DNA from: an uncultured delta proteobacterium
GTDB lineage: Bacteria; Desulfobacterota; Binatia; UBA9968
Direction of reading: 5' to 3'
Length of the DNA stretch: 64,000 bases
Assembly: GCA_963755715.1 (NCBI GenBank)
Contig: CAVWLW010000032.1
Span: 64,001-128,000, forward strand
In this document: positions 10,176 through 20,284 of the stretch, one piece after another
Layout: each line of letters begins with the position of its first letter
How positions within the stretch are numbered: the first letter of the stretch is position 1
Position numbers and translations under genes: made by a program
Notes under the pieces: model-generated
The model's input: the letters and a program-made list of their open reading frames with translations, nothing else
What the model was told of the DNA's origin: nothing
The model's database searches: none

Positions 10176-11246
10176 TCAGCGTCCGAGAAAAATTTGACCG
10201 AATTCCTTGCCGCTCTGATCGAGAATCGGCCCGATAAAGTCCACGTCGATCAGGAGATATTCCTTTTCAGCCAACTCGGCGAATCTTTGCTTGACGCCCT
10301 TGCGAGCGACGACGCGACCGAAGGTCGTGATCATGCTTTGGCCTTCTTCGGAAAGTGCCCAATCGACAAACAGCGCGGCGGCGTAAGGATGGGGCGCGTG
10401 GCGCGCCAGCATGAGTTTGTTCGCCTGAGCAAAATAAGGATCGAGGATCATTTGATCGATCGGTGCGCCGCGAGCTTTCAAGTCCAGGACGGTGTGGCCT
10501 GAAAGCGCAATCGCTAAGGGCCTTTCGCCAGCAGCGATTAACTGGCTTTGCGCAGTACGGCCGCGGACCAGCCGCAAATCCTGTTTGGCGAGATTCCGCA
10601 TGTACTGAAGTCCTTTATCTCGCCCCATCTGTTTAAGTAGCACCGCGAACCACTCGTAGGATTCGTCGTCGAGAAACATGTTGCTTTTCCACTTTGGCTG
10701 TAACAGATCGTCGTAGGTTTTCGGTGCGTCCGGGCGTTTGACGAGATTAGTATTGTAGCCGAGCACGATTGGAATCACGTACAGGGATGTAAAGTAGCCG
10801 TCCTTGTCCTTATTCGGGGTATTGAAGAACTGGCGCTGCGGCGATTGATAGGGATCGATGGCGCCGATTTTCTTGAGCGCCGATGCCTGCTCGGCAGAAC
10901 CGTTGGTTACGTCGAACAAGTGATTTCCCGCATTCATCTCCGTTTGAATCTTAATCACCTGGCGGTTACCAGAGACGCGGTAGGGATTTACCTTTATGAA
11001 CGGATAACGCTTTTGAAAGACGCGGATGAACGGGTCGATCTGCTGGGCTTGGAGAGAACTATAAAACGCTACTTCGCCTTCGGCTCGAGCCTTCTCGACT
11101 AGAGTTTTCTGCCGTTGTTCCGGCGCCAGATTGTTTAGCTTGGCCAGAACTTGACCAGCGGTTTCGGGTGGGGTGCCTGCAAACGTTGCGTTTGCTGCAA
11201 AAATTACCAGCAATAGGATAACAGCGCGGAAATTCCACCGCTTCAT
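10176..11246 (-). CDS. ABC transporter substrate-binding protein (Fe3+/thiamine/polyamine-like family)
   Basis: Signal peptide; ARAEGEVAFYSS, LGYNTNLV, DLLQPKWK, APHPYAAALFVDWALSEEGQ. Confidence 0.9.
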   Translation of the reverse strand: MKRWNFRAVILLLVIFAANATFAGTPPETAGQVLAKLNNLAPEQRQKTLVEKARAEGEVAFYSSLQAQQIDPFIRVFQKRYPFIKVNPYRVSGNRQVIKIQTEMNAGNHLFDVTNGSAEQASALKKIGAIDPYQSPQRQFFNTPNKDKDGYFTSLYVIPIVLGYNTNLVKRPDAPKTYDDLLQPKWKSNMFLDDESYEWFAVLLKQMGRDKGLQYMRNLAKQDLRLVRGRTAQSQLIAAGERPLAIALSGHTVLDLKARGAPIDQMILDPYFAQANKLMLARHAPHPYAAALFVDWALSEEGQSMITTFGRVVARKGVKQRFAELAEKEYLLIDVDFIGPILDQSGKEFGQIFLGR

Positions 11247-11292
11247 TCGTCAAGCCTCGCTTAGAACGAATCGTGGTCTTCGGTTACCCGAA

Positions 11293-11308
11293 TGACAGCG
11301 CGCTGTCA
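11293..11308. promoter_or_regulatory. Perfect 16-bp palindrome TGACAGCGCGCTGTCA, candidate operator in a divergent promoter region
   Basis: Exact inverted repeat overlapping a minus-strand TTGACA. Confidence 0.45.
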
Positions 11309-11346
11309 AGCAAGCTAAATATTTCACGCGCGCGAGCGGTCGTTTG

Positions 11347-11375
11347 TTGACAGCTATTTTGGTATTCGATAGCGT
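11347..11375 (+). promoter_or_regulatory. Putative sigma70 promoter TTGACA-17-TAGCGT
   Basis: Consensus -35 and 17-bp spacer upstream of the hydrolase/ABC operon. Confidence 0.45.
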
Positions 11376-11433
11376 CGCGTCACAATGCGTGGATAGCTTG
11401 CCACTTCCGCGTTAACTGATATTGGAGGTGCCA

Positions 11434-12288
11434 GTGGAAGATCTCAAGCCGATTAAAAGCGGGAAAGTCAAAGTCGACGACGTCAATCTTTATTACGAAT
11501 TATACGGCGAGGGCGATCCGCTGGTGCTTGTCGCCGGCACCGGTATCAGTCTCGCGCCTTGGCGCGTCTCTCAGGTGCCGGAGTTCGCCAAACACTATCA
11601 GGTTTTGATCTACGATCATCGCGGTTTGGGCCGGAGCGACAAGCCGGACATGCATTATACGACTCGGCTGTTTGCCAAGGACTGCGTCGGTCTAATGGAC
11701 GCGCTCGGCATCAAAAAGGCCCATATGATGGGACATTCGATGGGCGCGCGCGTGTGCCAATGGATCGCATTGGATTACCCGGATAAGGTGCGTAGCCTGG
11801 TTCTTTCGGGGCCGGGCTCGGGAAAATATAGCGAGGAGCTCGAAGATTATCCGCGCGGCGTGCCGATGGACGCGGCTTTGGAAATGATCGAGAAGGGCTA
11901 CGAAAAATATCAGAGCGATCACTGGGGCCCCGGTTTCATGTTCAGCGACAGTTTCGTCAAGGAGCACCCGGAGATCGTAAAAAAATATCAGGAGCTGATC
12001 GTCGACGAAGTGCCGCCGTTAAAATGTTATCTGCGCCACGTGGTGGCGCGCCAATGCCACGAAACGACTCATTTAATTCACAAAATCAAAGCGCCGACCT
12101 TGGTCATCGTCGGCAGCAAGGACATTCACGAGGGCGGCACCGGGAGCCACGTCGAGTCGGCTAAGGTGCTGGCGGAAAAAATGCCCAATGCAGAGCTTGT
12201 GCTCATCGAGGGCGGCAGGCATGGTTATCTGCGCGAGATGCCGGACAAAGGCCATCCGCCGATCCTCGATTTTCTTAGACGTCATTGA
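11434..12288 (+). CDS. Alpha/beta-fold hydrolase (PcaD/RutD-like)
   Basis: YYELYGEGDPLVL, YDHRGLGRSD, GHSMG nucleophile, PTLVIVGSKD, GGRHG; GGAGG RBS and GTG start. Confidence 0.92.
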   Translation: MEDLKPIKSGKVKVDDVNLYYELYGEGDPLVLVAGTGISLAPWRVSQVPEFAKHYQVLIYDHRGLGRSDKPDMHYTTRLFAKDCVGLMDALGIKKAHMMGHSMGARVCQWIALDYPDKVRSLVLSGPGSGKYSEELEDYPRGVPMDAALEMIEKGYEKYQSDHWGPGFMFSDSFVKEHPEIVKKYQELIVDEVPPLKCYLRHVVARQCHETTHLIHKIKAPTLVIVGSKDIHEGGTGSHVESAKVLAEKMPNAELVLIEGGRHGYLREMPDKGHPPILDFLRRH

Positions 12289-12296
12289 CGCGAGAG

Positions 12297-13832
12297 ATGC
12301 CCATGTTCATCAAGCGAGATCTGTCGATCAGCCGGCGTGAATTTGCTCGCGCCGTGGTCGGCGCTGCGGCCGGTATCGCGGGGAGCAGCAAGCTGGGCTG
12401 GGCGGCGGCGCCACGCGACCGCATTGTCGTGGCGATGAGCGTCGGCATCGATAGCGTCAACCCTTATGCTCACAGCGATTCGCCTCTCTACGGCTTATGG
12501 GGCCATATCATGGAATCGCTGGTGGACACGGATTACGAGCGCAAGAATTTTTCGCCCGAGCTGGCGACGGCTTGGAGCCCCAAAGGCAATGAATGGACTT
12601 TCCAACTGCGCAAGGGCGTGACGTTTCACGACGGCTCGCCGTTTACGGCCAAGGATGTGGCCTATTCCTACGAGCGTTTGGTTAAAGACAAACAGAGTCT
12701 CCAGGCGCCAAATCTGAGCGATATTAAAGAAGTCAAAGCGCCGGATGATTACACTTTGGTCATCGTCACGCAGCGCCCTAAAGTTGCGCTGCTCGGCTTG
12801 CTCTACAATCGCGTGATCCTGAGCCAAAAGGCGGCCGAGCGTTTAGGCGAGAAGCTCGACGATCAGGCGATCGGCACGGGTCCTTACCGTTTTGCCGGAT
12901 GGCAGCGCGGCGCGCATTTCACCATGCGCCGGAACGATAAATATTGGGGCGCGCCGCCAAGCGTTCGTGAAATCGTCTGGCGGCCGGTCAAGGAAGACGC
13001 TGCCAGAATCGCGGCGATCGAATCGGGACAGGCGGATATCATCAATCAAGTGCCGGTTCACGAAATCGACCGGCTTAAACGCAATCCGCGAGTGCGTGTC
13101 GAGATGCTGCGCGGCTTGAGAGTGCTTTATATTGGTTTGAACCCGGCGCACAAACCGTTCGACAACAAGCTGGTCCGCCAAGCTTTCAATTACGCGGTCG
13201 ACCAGGAAGCGATTATCAAGCATGTGCACGAAAATCAGGTTTATGGCCTCAAAGGGTTATTGGGCCCGCAGATGCTCGGTTACGACGATCAACTGGAAAA
13301 TTATCCGTACGATCCCGAGAAGGCAAAAAAACTGCTAGCCGAGGCTGGCTATCCGAACGGCCTCACCGTGGATTTCAACACTCATGCCGGCCGTTATCAG
13401 AAAGACCGTGAAACCGCCCAAGCGATCGCCAGCCAAATGGCCAAGGCGGGTATCAAGACCGATATCAAGGCGCCGGAATACGCGATCTACGAAGAAGAAT
13501 TCAACAACGGCAAGTACGGCATGTACATGTTCGGCCGGGGCTCGATTACGGATCCGGAAGCTTTCTACATCCGTTATTTTCGCTCGGGGCGGGGCAAGCG
13601 GCTGTCGTATAAGAATCCTGACTTCGACCGGATTTTCGACCAGCAGAGCGAGACTTTCGATTCGGCCAAGCGGGAGGAAATGCTGCGCCAATTGGGCAAG
13701 ATCTTGCACGAGGATTGCCCGGTCATTCCGCTTTACAACACGGCCGATGTCTATGCGGTGCGCCGAGAAGTCATCTGGAAGCCGCGGCCCGATGAGAAAA
13801 TTCCCGTCATCAATGCCCGGTTCCAAAGCTAG
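12297..13832 (+). CDS. Peptide/nickel ABC transporter substrate-binding protein (family 5), Tat signal
   Basis: SRREFAR; WTFQLRKGVTFHDGSPFTAKDV, IGTGPY, VRQAFNYAVD, YPYDPEKAKKLLAEAG. Confidence 0.93.
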   Translation: MPMFIKRDLSISRREFARAVVGAAAGIAGSSKLGWAAAPRDRIVVAMSVGIDSVNPYAHSDSPLYGLWGHIMESLVDTDYERKNFSPELATAWSPKGNEWTFQLRKGVTFHDGSPFTAKDVAYSYERLVKDKQSLQAPNLSDIKEVKAPDDYTLVIVTQRPKVALLGLLYNRVILSQKAAERLGEKLDDQAIGTGPYRFAGWQRGAHFTMRRNDKYWGAPPSVREIVWRPVKEDAARIAAIESGQADIINQVPVHEIDRLKRNPRVRVEMLRGLRVLYIGLNPAHKPFDNKLVRQAFNYAVDQEAIIKHVHENQVYGLKGLLGPQMLGYDDQLENYPYDPEKAKKLLAEAGYPNGLTVDFNTHAGRYQKDRETAQAIASQMAKAGIKTDIKAPEYAIYEEEFNNGKYGMYMFGRGSITDPEAFYIRYFRSGRGKRLSYKNPDFDRIFDQQSETFDSAKREEMLRQLGKILHEDCPVIPLYNTADVYAVRREVIWKPRPDEKIPVINARFQS

Positions 13833-13847
13833 CACTTGGGGGAAAGA

Positions 13848-15134
13848 GTGGACAAGAAAGAAATCATCGACAAGCAGAAGAAATATCTTTTTAGCTGCGT
13901 CGCGACTTACTATGACGAGCCGCTGGTCGTCGATCATGCCAAAGATCAATATGTCTATGACGCCGACGGCAAGGAATTCTTGGACTTTTTCGGCGGCATC
14001 CTGACCGTCAGCGTCGGCCATTGCAACGAGAAAGTAACTAAGGCGATCGACGAGCAGACCCACAAAGTGCAGCACATGTCGACGCTCTACGCCAACGAGC
14101 CGCAGGTGCTTCTGGCGGAGAAGCTGGCGCAGATCACACCGGGACGGCTGGAAAAATCTTTTTTCACCAACAGCGGCACAGAGGCCAACGAGACGGCGGT
14201 CTTACTGGCACAGATTCACACCCAGTGCCAGGACGTCATCACGCTGCGCCACAGCTACAGCGGCCGTTCTTATCTCGCGTTGAGCCTCTCGGCGCAGTCG
14301 AGCTGGCGGCTGATGCCCAACGTCGTGCCCGGCGTGCATCACATCGCCAACGCTTACTGCTATCGCTGCCCCTTCGGCTTGACTTATCCCAGTTGCGATT
14401 TGAAGTGCGCTAAAGACGCCGAAGAAGCGATTCAAACCATGACTTCGCAGGGACGAGTCGCTGCGTTTCTCGCCGAGCCGATTCAAGGCGTCGGCGGATT
14501 CATCGTGCCGCCCAAAGAATATTTCAAAGAGATCGTCGGCATCATTCGAAAATACGGCGGCCTGTTCATCTGCGACGAAGTGCAGACCGGCTGGGGCCGC
14601 ACCGGCGGCAAGATGTTCGGTATCGAACACTGGGGCGTCGATCCCGACATCATGACTTTCGCCAAAGGCATGGCCAATGGCGTGCCCATCGGCGCGACCA
14701 TCGCCACGCCGGAGGTCGCCGACAGCATGAAGGGCAACACGATTTCGACTTTCGGCGGCAATCCGGTCACTTGCACCGCGGCGCATGCGACGATCCAAGT
14801 GATCGAAGAGGAAAATCTCGTCGAAAACGCGCGCGTGCTCGGCAACCGTTTGCGCGACGGCTTAAACGCGTTGAAAGACAAATATCCGATCATCGGCGAC
14901 GTGCGCGGCATGGGGCTGATGCAGGGCATGGAGTTGGTCGGCGAGCAAAAGAAACCCGACATTGAAAACACCAAACGAGTGATGGAATTGACCAAGAAGC
15001 ATGGACTGTTGGTCGGCAAGGGCGGCACTTACGGCAATGTTTTGCGCGTCGCGCCGCCGCTCAACACGAACAAGGATCAGATCGACCAGGCGCTGAAAGT
15101 TTTGGATCAGTCTTTCGGTCAGTTAGGTCAATGA
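13848..15134 (+). CDS. Class III PLP-dependent aminotransferase (AGXT2/GabT-like)
   Basis: FFTNSGTEANE, AEPIQGVGG, DEVQTGWGRTG, PDIMTFAKG (PLP lysine), STFGGNP. Confidence 0.94.
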   Translation: MDKKEIIDKQKKYLFSCVATYYDEPLVVDHAKDQYVYDADGKEFLDFFGGILTVSVGHCNEKVTKAIDEQTHKVQHMSTLYANEPQVLLAEKLAQITPGRLEKSFFTNSGTEANETAVLLAQIHTQCQDVITLRHSYSGRSYLALSLSAQSSWRLMPNVVPGVHHIANAYCYRCPFGLTYPSCDLKCAKDAEEAIQTMTSQGRVAAFLAEPIQGVGGFIVPPKEYFKEIVGIIRKYGGLFICDEVQTGWGRTGGKMFGIEHWGVDPDIMTFAKGMANGVPIGATIATPEVADSMKGNTISTFGGNPVTCTAAHATIQVIEEENLVENARVLGNRLRDGLNALKDKYPIIGDVRGMGLMQGMELVGEQKKPDIENTKRVMELTKKHGLLVGKGGTYGNVLRVAPPLNTNKDQIDQALKVLDQSFGQLGQ

Positions 15135-15206
15135 AGACGCTGCTCGGTCTCCGGTTATCATTAAAGTCATGATTGCAGCATTGCTCCTGATTAAACTGCC
15201 AACCGC

Positions 15207-16205
15207 ATGAACAAGCTTAGTCGCAGGATCATTGGCGCGATTCCGGTCCTCCTGGGTATCTCTTTTCTCATTTTCCTACTGATGCATATCGCGCCGGGCG
15301 ATCCGGTGAGTCTCTTGCTCGGCGACGACGCCACGCCTGCGGATATCGAGCGGACGCGCCACGAATGGGGCTTGGATCGACCGCTGATCGTGCAGTATTG
15401 GGACTTTCTCACTCGGGCGGTGACCGGCGACTTCGGCAAGTCGCTCAAGTTCAACGAGCCGGTGACAAAATTGGTCAGCGAGCGCTTGCCGGCGACGCTT
15501 GAACTGGCGTTTGCCGCCTTGTGCGTCGCGATCCTGATCGCGGTGCCGCTCGGCGTTTATTCGGCGATCCGGCACAATTCGCTGCTCGATCACGCCGGCA
15601 TGAGCGTCGCGCTCATCGGCGTCTCCTTGCCCAATTTTTGGCTCGGTATCATGTTGATATATTTTCTCGGCGGCCAGCTGAATTGGCTGCCGGTCGCCGG
15701 CCGCATCGAATACGGCATTGAAGTCAGATCCATCACCGGGCTCTATTTACTCGACAGTGTGCTGACCGGTAATTACGCCGCCTTTTGGAGTGCGTTGCAG
15801 CACTTGTTGATGCCGGCTTTCACCCTGGGATCGGCGCTGGCGGCGATCGTGACGCGCATCTCGCGCTCGAGCGTGCTCGAAGTCATGCGCCAGGATTACG
15901 TAACGACGGCGCGGGCCAAGGGCTTGAGCGAGTCGACGGTAATCTGGCGCCACATTCTGCGTAACGCGCTGATCACGATCGTGACGATCCTCGGTCTTCA
16001 GTTGGGCGCATTGCTGAGCGGCTCGGTGATCACCGAAACGGTCTTTTCCTTTCCAGGCATCGGCGACCTGTTGATCCAGTCGATCTCGGCGCGGGACTAT
16101 AAGCTCACCCAGGTATTGATTCTCATGTTTGCCGTCACCTATTTCGTCGTCAATCTATTGGTCGATCTGCTCTACAGTTGGATCGACCCGAGGATCAGGT
16201 TTTAA
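15207..16205 (+). CDS. Dipeptide/oligopeptide ABC transporter permease (DppB-like)
   Basis: APGDPV, GDFGKS, RLPATLEL, EAA loop QDYVTTARAKGLSE, DLLYSWIDPRI. Confidence 0.95.
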   Translation: MNKLSRRIIGAIPVLLGISFLIFLLMHIAPGDPVSLLLGDDATPADIERTRHEWGLDRPLIVQYWDFLTRAVTGDFGKSLKFNEPVTKLVSERLPATLELAFAALCVAILIAVPLGVYSAIRHNSLLDHAGMSVALIGVSLPNFWLGIMLIYFLGGQLNWLPVAGRIEYGIEVRSITGLYLLDSVLTGNYAAFWSALQHLLMPAFTLGSALAAIVTRISRSSVLEVMRQDYVTTARAKGLSESTVIWRHILRNALITIVTILGLQLGALLSGSVITETVFSFPGIGDLLIQSISARDYKLTQVLILMFAVTYFVVNLLVDLLYSWIDPRIRF

Positions 16206-17044
16206 TGTTTTCGCTGCGCTATTTAAAAATCTGGGTGGGCGGCGCAATCTTGCTGTTGCTCTGCGTGTGCGGTCTGGCGGCGCCGTTGTTGGCGCCGCGC
16301 GATCCGCAGGCGCAGACCTTGGAGGATCGCCTGCGGCCGCCGCGCTGGACCGAAAACGGTTCGTCCGCCTACCTGCTTGGCACGGATAATCTCGGCCGAG
16401 ATATGCTCAGTCGGATTATTTACGGCTCGCGGATTTCCCTGATGGTCGGCGCCGCCACCGTGATCTTCGCCGGCTTTGTCGGCTGCACGCTCGGCGCAGT
16501 CGCGGGCTATTTCGGCCACACGACCGATGAAGTGGTCAGCAAAGTCTCGGAAATATTTCTTGCCTTTCCATTTTTGTTGATCGCGATCGCGATCATGGCA
16601 TTCCTCGGCCAAGGAGTCGGCAATTTGATCATGGCGCTGATGCTCAGCCGATGGGTGCAATACTGCCGCGTCGTGCGCGGCGAGGTGTTGTCAATCCGAG
16701 AGCGGGATTTCGTCACCGCCGCCAAAGCGTTGGGCGCCAAAGACTGGTATGTGCTCTTCCGCCACGTGGTGCCGAATACGCTGGCCAGCGTGACGGTGAT
16801 CGCGACCTTCGGCATGGCGATCGTTATCATCACCGAAGCGAGCCTGAGCTTTCTCGGGCTCGGCGTGCCGGTCCATATCCCGACTTGGGGGTCGATGCTG
16901 AGCGAGGGGCGAAGCTACATCAACCGCGCGCCGTGGCTCACAATATTTCCAGGGCTGGCGATTTTTATCACCGTATTCGGCATCAACCTATTGGGCGACG
17001 GCCTGCGCGATATTCTCGATCCGAAGTTGCGCCGGCAGAGGTAG
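16205..17044 (+). CDS. Dipeptide/oligopeptide ABC transporter permease (DppC-like)
   Basis: TAATG coupling to the upstream permease; LLGTDNLGRDMLSRIIYGSRISL, DFVTAAKALGA, NLLGDGLRDILDP. Confidence 0.95.
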   Translation: MFSLRYLKIWVGGAILLLLCVCGLAAPLLAPRDPQAQTLEDRLRPPRWTENGSSAYLLGTDNLGRDMLSRIIYGSRISLMVGAATVIFAGFVGCTLGAVAGYFGHTTDEVVSKVSEIFLAFPFLLIAIAIMAFLGQGVGNLIMALMLSRWVQYCRVVRGEVLSIRERDFVTAAKALGAKDWYVLFRHVVPNTLASVTVIATFGMAIVIITEASLSFLGLGVPVHIPTWGSMLSEGRSYINRAPWLTIFPGLAIFITVFGINLLGDGLRDILDPKLRRQR

Positions 17045-17107
17045 TTGGACAACGGAGCGGATGCGGAGCGGAGAAATTCGATTGGATATTCGATATAGGA
17101 GATTTCT

Positions 17108-18640
17108 ATGGCAAAGAAGGTATTCAGTCGTAGACAATTTTTGATGCAGACGGCGGCCTTGGGTGTCGGCGCGGCCACGGCGCCGTTTTTTTTGCGCAAC
17201 GGCTACGCCGCTTCGCGCGATCGGGTGACGATTTATCACAGCAGCGTCGCCGACTCGATTCATCCTTACAATCACAGCTCGAGCCCGATTTACGGCGACT
17301 GGCAGCACGTCATGGAGCCGCTCATCGAGCTCGACTACAACAAAAAAGATTATGTCGGCGTGCTCGCCGACTCGTGGCAATTCCAGGGTAACAAATGGCT
17401 CTTCAAGCTCAAAAAGGGCATCAAGTTTCACAATGGCGCGCAGTTGACGTCGAAGGACGTGGCATTTTCGATCGAGAAAATGCGCGATGAAAAAGGCGGC
17501 AGCTTGCAGGCGCCGAATTTCAAAGACGTCACCGAAGTTCAAACGCCCGACGACCTGACCGTGATCTTCGTCACCAAACAACCGCTGGCGATTTTTCTGG
17601 ATCGTTTGGAGAACCGATTTATTTTAAGCAAAGTCGCCGGCGATAAATTCGGCGACAAGCTTTATGACAACCCGATCGGCACCGGCCCTTACAAATTCGT
17701 CAGCTATCAGCGCGGCGGCAACATGGTTTTCACGCGCAACGAGGAATATTGGGGCGGCAAAGCGGCGATCAAAGAAGTGATCTTTCGCAAAGTCACTGAA
17801 GACGCCGCTCGCTTGGCGGCGCTCGAGTCCGGTCAGGCGGATTTCATCAACAACGTGCCCGATCACGAGGTCGCGCGCTTGCAAAAGCACCCGCGGGTGA
17901 GAATCGACAAGGTGGAAGGGCTGCGGATGTTTTTTCTCGCCTTCAACATGGCATTCAAGCCCTGGGACAACAAACTCGTGCGCCAGGCGGCGAATTATTC
18001 TGTCGATGCGCCGGCGATTGTGAAAAACATTTTTGACGGCATCGGCTATCCCTGTAATGGTCCGGTGGGCGCCAACGTGATCGGCGCCGATCCTAAGCTC
18101 AAGCGCTATCCCTACGATCCACAGAAGGCGAAGCAACTGCTGACTCAGGCCGGCTTTCCCAACGGTTGCGACATCCAGCTCTATTATTCCGCCGGGCGCT
18201 ACCCCAAAGACAAAGAAGTCTGTCAGGTCGTCGCGGCGCAGATGGTGAAAGGCGGATTTCGCGTCGAACTGATTTCTCAGGAGTGGGCGTTATTCTGGGA
18301 CAAGCAGGGAGTCAACGGCGGCAAGCTGCCGTTCTATTACATCGGGCGCGGCTCCCTCACCGACGCCGACACGCTCTATGATCAATATTTTCGCACCGGC
18401 ACAACCAAACGCACGAATTATAGCAATCCGGAGCTCGACAAGGTCATAGAGGAGCAACAAAAAACCGCGGATCAGAAAAAGCGCGTCGCCTTGTTGCAGC
18501 AAGCCGGCAAAACGATCATGGAGGAAGCGACTTTCATCCCGCTTTACAATCTCGCCGACATCTACGGCGTGGCGCGAAACCTGATCTGGCAGACGCGGCC
18601 GGATGAAAAAGTTTTGGGTTGGGACATGAAAATAAAGTAA
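17108..18640 (+). CDS. Family 5 ABC substrate-binding protein, Tat signal
   Basis: FSRRQFL; FKLKKGIKFHNG, IGTGPYKF, YPYDPQKAKQLL. Confidence 0.93.
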   Translation: MAKKVFSRRQFLMQTAALGVGAATAPFFLRNGYAASRDRVTIYHSSVADSIHPYNHSSSPIYGDWQHVMEPLIELDYNKKDYVGVLADSWQFQGNKWLFKLKKGIKFHNGAQLTSKDVAFSIEKMRDEKGGSLQAPNFKDVTEVQTPDDLTVIFVTKQPLAIFLDRLENRFILSKVAGDKFGDKLYDNPIGTGPYKFVSYQRGGNMVFTRNEEYWGGKAAIKEVIFRKVTEDAARLAALESGQADFINNVPDHEVARLQKHPRVRIDKVEGLRMFFLAFNMAFKPWDNKLVRQAANYSVDAPAIVKNIFDGIGYPCNGPVGANVIGADPKLKRYPYDPQKAKQLLTQAGFPNGCDIQLYYSAGRYPKDKEVCQVVAAQMVKGGFRVELISQEWALFWDKQGVNGGKLPFYYIGRGSLTDADTLYDQYFRTGTTKRTNYSNPELDKVIEEQQKTADQKKRVALLQQAGKTIMEEATFIPLYNLADIYGVARNLIWQTRPDEKVLGWDMKIK

Positions 18641-18701
18641 GTCATCGATGGCCGCTTAGGCGCAGAAAACTTTTTTTGCGAATCTCGAAGGCTCGGGAGG
18701 C

Positions 18702-20237
18702 ATGATGCGTTCGGATTCACCTGCAATCAAACGAAGAACGTTTTTGAAGCAAGGCGCCTTAGCCGGCCTGGGCGTTCTCGCGCCTACGGCATGGCCGCAG
18801 CTCAGTTGGTCCGCGTCCAAAGAGCGGCTGATGATTCTGAGCAGCATCGGTTTAGACACGCTTCATCCCTACGCGCACAGTTCCGGTCCGCAGTATGGCA
18901 TCTGGCAACACATGATCGAGCCGCTGGTCGAGATCAACTACGCGCGCAAAGATTATTACGGCGTGCTCGCCGAGTCTTGGAAATTCCAGGGGAACACATG
19001 GGTGTTTCGCCTGAGAAAAGGGATTCGTTTCCACGATGGCTCGCCGTTTACCGCCCAAGATGTGATCCATTCGGTCAATCGCATTAGAAATGATAAGCGC
19101 AGCCTGCAGAAATCAAATTTCGACGACCTGACCGAAGTCCAAGCGCCGGACGATTATACCGTGGTGTTCACGACTGCAGTGCCGAACGCGGTTATGCTCG
19201 ACCGGTTGCAAAACCGCTTTATTCTCAGCAAGAGCGCGGCGGAGAAATACGGCGACGACGTCGATCAACACGCGATCGGGACCGGGCCGTATAAGTTCGT
19301 GAGTTGGCAGCGCGACGGTAATCTCGTCATGACGCGCAACGATGATTACTGGGGACCGAAGGCCGCCATCAAAGAAGTCGTGCTGAAAAAGGTCGGCGAG
19401 GATGCGGCTAGAATGTCCGGCTTGCTCGCAGGACAGTGCGACGTGGTCAACAATGTTCCGGTGGAGGAGATCGCCCGCTTGGACAAGCATCCGCGGGTGC
19501 GTGCGGAAAAAATCGAAGGGCTGAGAATGTATTTCTTGGCGATGAACGTCACGCACAAGCCGTTCGACAACAAGCTCGTGCGCCAGGCGTTTAACTACGC
19601 GGTCGACCCAACGGTGGTGATCAAGCATATCTATGAAGGCCAGGGTTATGTGATGAGCGGGCCGCTTGGCGCCAACGTGATCGGCTTCGATCCCAAAATT
19701 AAGCGCTATGCCTACGATCCGAAGAGGGCCAAGGAATTGTTGGCACAAGCCGGCTTCGCCAATGGCTTGGAGGTCAAGCTGTACTTTTCTCCGGACCGCT
19801 ATCCCAAGGCGAAAGAAGTCTGCCAGGTCATCGCCGATCAGCTTGCCAAGGCGGGGGTAAAGGTCGAGCTCGTCTCTCAAGAATTTGCCATCTTCTGGGG
19901 TTCGGACGGAGTCAACGGCGGCAAGATTCCCTTTTACTATGTCGGCCGTCCAGCCATCGATGCGGATACGGTTTACGACCAATATTACCGTTCGGGCAGA
20001 ACCAAGCGGGTCAGCTTTCAAAATGCCGAGGTCGATCGGCTGATCGATGAACAGCACAAGACCGAAGATCAAAAAAAGCGCGTTGCGCTATTGCAACAAA
20101 TCGGTCGTATTCTGATGGACGAGGCGGCACTGGTGCCCTTGTACACGCTCGCGGAGATCTACGGTGTGGCGCGCAATGTGATCTGGAAAGCGCATCCGGA
20201 AGAAAAGGTTCTCGCCTTTGATATGAAAATTCGCTAG
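18702..20237 (+). CDS. Family 5 ABC substrate-binding protein, Tat signal
   Basis: KRRTFLK; FRLRKGIRFHDGSPFTAQDV; paralog of its neighbours. Confidence 0.93.
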   Translation: MMRSDSPAIKRRTFLKQGALAGLGVLAPTAWPQLSWSASKERLMILSSIGLDTLHPYAHSSGPQYGIWQHMIEPLVEINYARKDYYGVLAESWKFQGNTWVFRLRKGIRFHDGSPFTAQDVIHSVNRIRNDKRSLQKSNFDDLTEVQAPDDYTVVFTTAVPNAVMLDRLQNRFILSKSAAEKYGDDVDQHAIGTGPYKFVSWQRDGNLVMTRNDDYWGPKAAIKEVVLKKVGEDAARMSGLLAGQCDVVNNVPVEEIARLDKHPRVRAEKIEGLRMYFLAMNVTHKPFDNKLVRQAFNYAVDPTVVIKHIYEGQGYVMSGPLGANVIGFDPKIKRYAYDPKRAKELLAQAGFANGLEVKLYFSPDRYPKAKEVCQVIADQLAKAGVKVELVSQEFAIFWGSDGVNGGKIPFYYVGRPAIDADTVYDQYYRSGRTKRVSFQNAEVDRLIDEQHKTEDQKKRVALLQQIGRILMDEAALVPLYTLAEIYGVARNVIWKAHPEEKVLAFDMKIR

Positions 20238-20284
20238 CGGAAACGACACAGATAAAGTTCACGCCAGGTCGATTGGAGAATCGA

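Noticed and set aside
19113-20072. Long antisense ORFs (e.g. 19113..20072, 50284..51249, 53157..54002, 4538..5290)
   Set aside because: Shadow ORFs opposite well-supported genes, expected in GC-rich DNA; no recognisable motifs.
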